Under the pieces are notes generated by a model. The model did not search any database. It saw only the letters and a program-made list of their open reading frames with translations, and had not been told where the DNA came from. DNA of 64,000 nt. It comes from Nitrosopumilus sp. Lineage in GTDB: Archaea > Thermoproteota > Nitrososphaeria > Nitrososphaerales > Nitrosopumilaceae. The translations under genes were made by a program, and so were the position numbers. This document shows positions 61,305 to 64,000 of the stretch, piece by piece. The number at the start of each line of letters is the position of its first letter. Positions within the stretch are counted from its first letter, which is position 1. Location of the stretch: NCBI GenBank assembly GCA_965223425.1, contig OZ245003.1, positions 608,001-672,000 of the forward strand. The letters run 5' to 3'.

Positions 61305-61959
61305 ATTTCTTCTTAACCTCTTGTACTTGTTTTACTGGTTTACCCATTGTTGTTTTCATCATGATTCTTTTGATGTTTCTCTCCCCATTTGGCAATTTCT
61401 TTTCAACTGCGCTAAGGACAGTGTGTGCGTTTGTTGCCAAATCTGCGTCTTCCATAGACTCGTCTCCAATTTTACATGCCATGGACAAAGATGCTCTTGT
61501 TCTAACTTTGATTGATGATCTAAATCTTTGTAAAAATGATTCGATAGGCGCATTAAATGGTACTGGTGTTGGCATTTTTCCTCTAGGACCTAAAAGCTGA
61601 CCCAAAGTTTTTCCGACAACTGGCATGACTTGTGTGTCTGCCAAAAAGAAATCATATTTGTTAATAAATTTTCGAGATTCTCTTTTGTTGGCTGCAAATT
61701 TGTCTAACTCACTAGTTCCAATAACCGAGTCCGCATTTGCCTGTTTTGCTTTCTGACCCATATCCCCCGTGGCCATAACACAGACAGTCGCCGGAGAACT
61801 TGTTTTTGGAAGCTGAACCACGTCGTTGAGTGCAAATCCCTTCTTAACATCAATATCTTTGAAGTTTATGATCAACTCTATTGATTGTTTGAATTTTCTC
61901 TGTTTGGCTGTAGTCTTGACTTTTTTAATCATTTCAGCAAGTTCTGTCTCTGTAATCAT
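61297..61959 (-). CDS. rpl1: 50S ribosomal protein L1
   Basis: RKFKQSIEL, LGPRGKMP, KTTMG. Confidence 0.97.
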   Translation of the reverse strand: MITETELAEMIKKVKTTAKQRKFKQSIELIINFKDIDVKKGFALNDVVQLPKTSSPATVCVMATGDMGQKAKQANADSVIGTSELDKFAANKRESRKFINKYDFFLADTQVMPVVGKTLGQLLGPRGKMPTPVPFNAPIESFLQRFRSSIKVRTRASLSMACKIGDESMEDADLATNAHTVLSAVEKKLPNGERNIKRIMMKTTMGKPVKQVQEVKKKYA

Positions 61960-62125
61960 TACGAACATTTTCGAAAAAGCCTACTTAAAATCGTTTAGAG
62001 ATTCGGTTTCTGATAATGATGTATTTTAAAAAAATCATACTTTTTTTACAAAATAGTTGTAATTTCAAATGAAATTCCTCCCAAAACCTACATATATTAA
62101 ATCACAATCTAAATTCCCTAATACG

Positions 62126-62581
62126 ATGCACAGATTCGACGATCTTGACATGAAACTGCTTTATGAGTTGACCAAAGATGGATCTATCTCTGTTCCTACC
62201 TTATCAAAGAAACTTGGGATTAATGCATCTGTGCTGTACAGCAGAATCAAGAGATTGATGAAGAAAAAGCTGATCAAAAAGTTTACCGTCGAAATTGATG
62301 ACTCTTTGTTGGGCATTGGTGTGAAGGCATCTGTTGGAATCAACCGAGATCCTAAATTCAAGGATTCGATTCATAAAAAATTCATGGAAACGCCGGAAGT
62401 TGCCTCAATTTCAGAAATCACTGGCAGGTTCGATATCATGATTCAGGTTTACGCTAAGAATCTTGAAACTCTTCATTCTGTGGTGATTGAGAAGATTGGA
62501 AAAATCGAAGGGATTCAAAATACTGAAACCTTTGTAGAGTTACAAAAAACCGATAAAGATCCTGTTTACCTAATTCAATAA
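62126..62581 (+). CDS. Lrp/AsnC transcriptional regulator
   Basis: DDLDMKLL HTH, ITGRFDI RAM domain. Confidence 0.93.
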   Translation: MHRFDDLDMKLLYELTKDGSISVPTLSKKLGINASVLYSRIKRLMKKKLIKKFTVEIDDSLLGIGVKASVGINRDPKFKDSIHKKFMETPEVASISEITGRFDIMIQVYAKNLETLHSVVIEKIGKIEGIQNTETFVELQKTDKDPVYLIQ

Positions 62582-63061
62582 TTATTGGAATTTTTCATCC
62601 CATTTGCCATCATTGATTTCGGCAGTAATTTCTTTTGGAGTTTTTCCTTCAACTTTTACTCCTAATGCCACACATGTGCCGATGATAGTTTTTGCAACTG
62701 ATTTTAATGAAGAGGCATAAGATTTCTCAAGTTTTGTATTTGCCACTTTGACAATAGAATCCATTGTAACATCTCCTGCCCAATCAGTACCTGACGTGCC
62801 TGAACCTTTTTGGATTCCTGCTTCCTTCATAATTAGTGCCGCGGCAGATGGAATGCCAATTTCAATTTCATACTTTTTTGTATCGCTATCAACAACTACG
62901 GTTACAGGAACCTTCATTCCTTCAAAATCCTTTGTTTTGTCATTAATTGCATTAATAACTTCCATAATGTTTACCCCTAGAGGTCCCAATGCAGGTCCTA
63001 ATGGCGGCCCTGCAGATGCTCCTCCTCCGGTCACAAGCGATGATATTTTTTGTTCTCCCAT
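62582..63061 (-). CDS. rpl11: 50S ribosomal protein L11
   Basis: GPPLGPALGPLG. Confidence 0.98.
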   Translation of the reverse strand: MGEQKISSLVTGGGASAGPPLGPALGPLGVNIMEVINAINDKTKDFEGMKVPVTVVVDSDTKKYEIEIGIPSAAALIMKEAGIQKGSGTSGTDWAGDVTMDSIVKVANTKLEKSYASSLKSVAKTIIGTCVALGVKVEGKTPKEITAEINDGKWDEKFQ

Positions 63062-63096
63062 GTTTTATTCACTTTATATGAAAAATTTAATCCTTC

Positions 63097-63555
63097 CTAA
63101 GCCCCACTTGATAGTTTTAGGTAGTTTGCGTCTACTGTTACCGGTAATTGGTATGATGCATCTAACAAAACCACCGTTGCTTCCTCTTTTTCAACGTCTA
63201 TTCTTGTAATTGTTGCCTTCATTCCCTTGAATGGGCCTCCTGTGATTTCCACTACGTTGTCTACTGCTAATTGTGAAACCGTTGATTTCTTAATTAGATA
63301 TCCTTCAATATCTTTGAATTCTAATTCTCCTCTTAATTGACCCCGAATGTGTCTTATCCCTTCCACTGCCATGTATGCATCACTTGGATTGATTGCCTCA
63401 ATTACGACATAGCCTTTTAGATTATCAACTAACAAAACTGATTGAATGTTAATTTTGTTTGTACTTGCTTTTGCTTCTAATAACCTCATTACCACTTTTT
63501 CTTGTCCTCCAGTGGTTCTAATTGCAAACAAGTGTGATTTTACTTCTTCAGACAT
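63097..63555 (-). CDS. spt5: Transcription elongation factor Spt5/NusG
   Basis: RTTGGQE, KGYVVIEA, KOW motif GGPFKG. Confidence 0.96.
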   Translation of the reverse strand: MSEEVKSHLFAIRTTGGQEKVVMRLLEAKASTNKINIQSVLLVDNLKGYVVIEAINPSDAYMAVEGIRHIRGQLRGELEFKDIEGYLIKKSTVSQLAVDNVVEITGGPFKGMKATITRIDVEKEEATVVLLDASYQLPVTVDANYLKLSSGA

Positions 63556-63556
63556 T

Positions 63557-63730
63557 TTACCTACCAAATGTTATTACCGAAAAGACAAATTGAATTGTAA
63601 ATCCGATTGCGCCAACTCCTGCTATTCCCAGTAATACCAATCTAAGGTGCTGTTGATACTCATCTTTGTCTGGTTTTTTGGCCATTTTCATAGTATTGGC
63701 CATATTTTTCAAAGTCTGTCTAGGGTTCAT
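63557..63730 (-). CDS. secE: Protein translocase SecE/Sec61-gamma (not in ORF track)
   Basis: 57 aa: MAKKPDKDEY...GIAGVGAIGF; upstream of spt5. Confidence 0.93.
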   Translation of the reverse strand: MNPRQTLKNMANTMKMAKKPDKDEYQQHLRLVLLGIAGVGAIGFTIQFVFSVITFGR

Positions 63731-63769
63731 TGCTGGAAATTAATAAGGTGTCCTTATATCTCTTATCTC

Positions 63770-64000
63770 ATGGAACTACTGGTTGCGTATCACGATGACC
63801 CAGCTGGTCATAATATGGCAAAATTTCTTTCAAAAGAAATGACTCTAGAAGGTGATATTTTTCGTGGTAAATATTATGATCTGGTGATAATTCCCACTCC
63901 GGCAATTTCTGCTGATTGGTTAGAAGAAAAATATGATTATGATGGGTTTGTATTTCTTTCAAAACATGCCGCCGAATCCGGAGTATTGGCCTTGACTTGT
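63770..64000 (+). CDS. dtdA: D-aminoacyl-tRNA deacylase (archaeal DtdA), runs off window
   Basis: DPAGHNM...FVFLSKHAAESG..ALTC. Confidence 0.85.
   Translation, partial: MELLVAYHDDPAGHNMAKFLSKEMTLEGDIFRGKYYDLVIIPTPAISADWLEEKYDYDGFVFLSKHAAESGVLALTC

Overview
Window from a low-GC Nitrososphaerota (Nitrosopumilus-like) archaeon, judged from PEFG-CTERM proteins, unsplit RpoB, single-chain RpoA'/A'', archaeal ribosomal proteins and an intron-containing tRNA-Gln. The conserved backbone is larE-like/iscS, 4 PEFG-CTERM genes, rpoH-B-A, lsm, rpl30e-nusA-rps12-rps7, tRNA-Gln, leuS-alaS, rpl12, rpl10-rpl1-lrp-rpl11-spt5-secE and dtdA. It is interrupted by accessory regions (about 13.1-22.3, 24-27, 31.3-34 and 39.9-50.5 kb) rich in GC-rich, mostly broken IS elements (ISL2-like, ISH3, IS66, IS481, IS5, IS6-like), four MITE types and eroded defence genes (Mrr, HsdS, DrmA-like, two C5 methylases, a restriction endonuclease, several TA modules). 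This pattern suggests a host-associated lineage (inference). Most notable findings: (1) an intact TnpB whose predicted omegaRNA and guide lie inside IS6-like terminal inverted repeats; (2) a DUF3800 gene and a second DUF3800-like fragment, each facing a convergent promoter-driven structured RNA; (3) a glycine-cleavage/lipoate operon running directly into an LLM oxidoreductase and a type III PKS-like gene; (4) two cassettes bracketed by structured direct repeats (ATPase, 44 bp; tripartite RelE module, 80 bp). All calls are by eye; no database searches were run.
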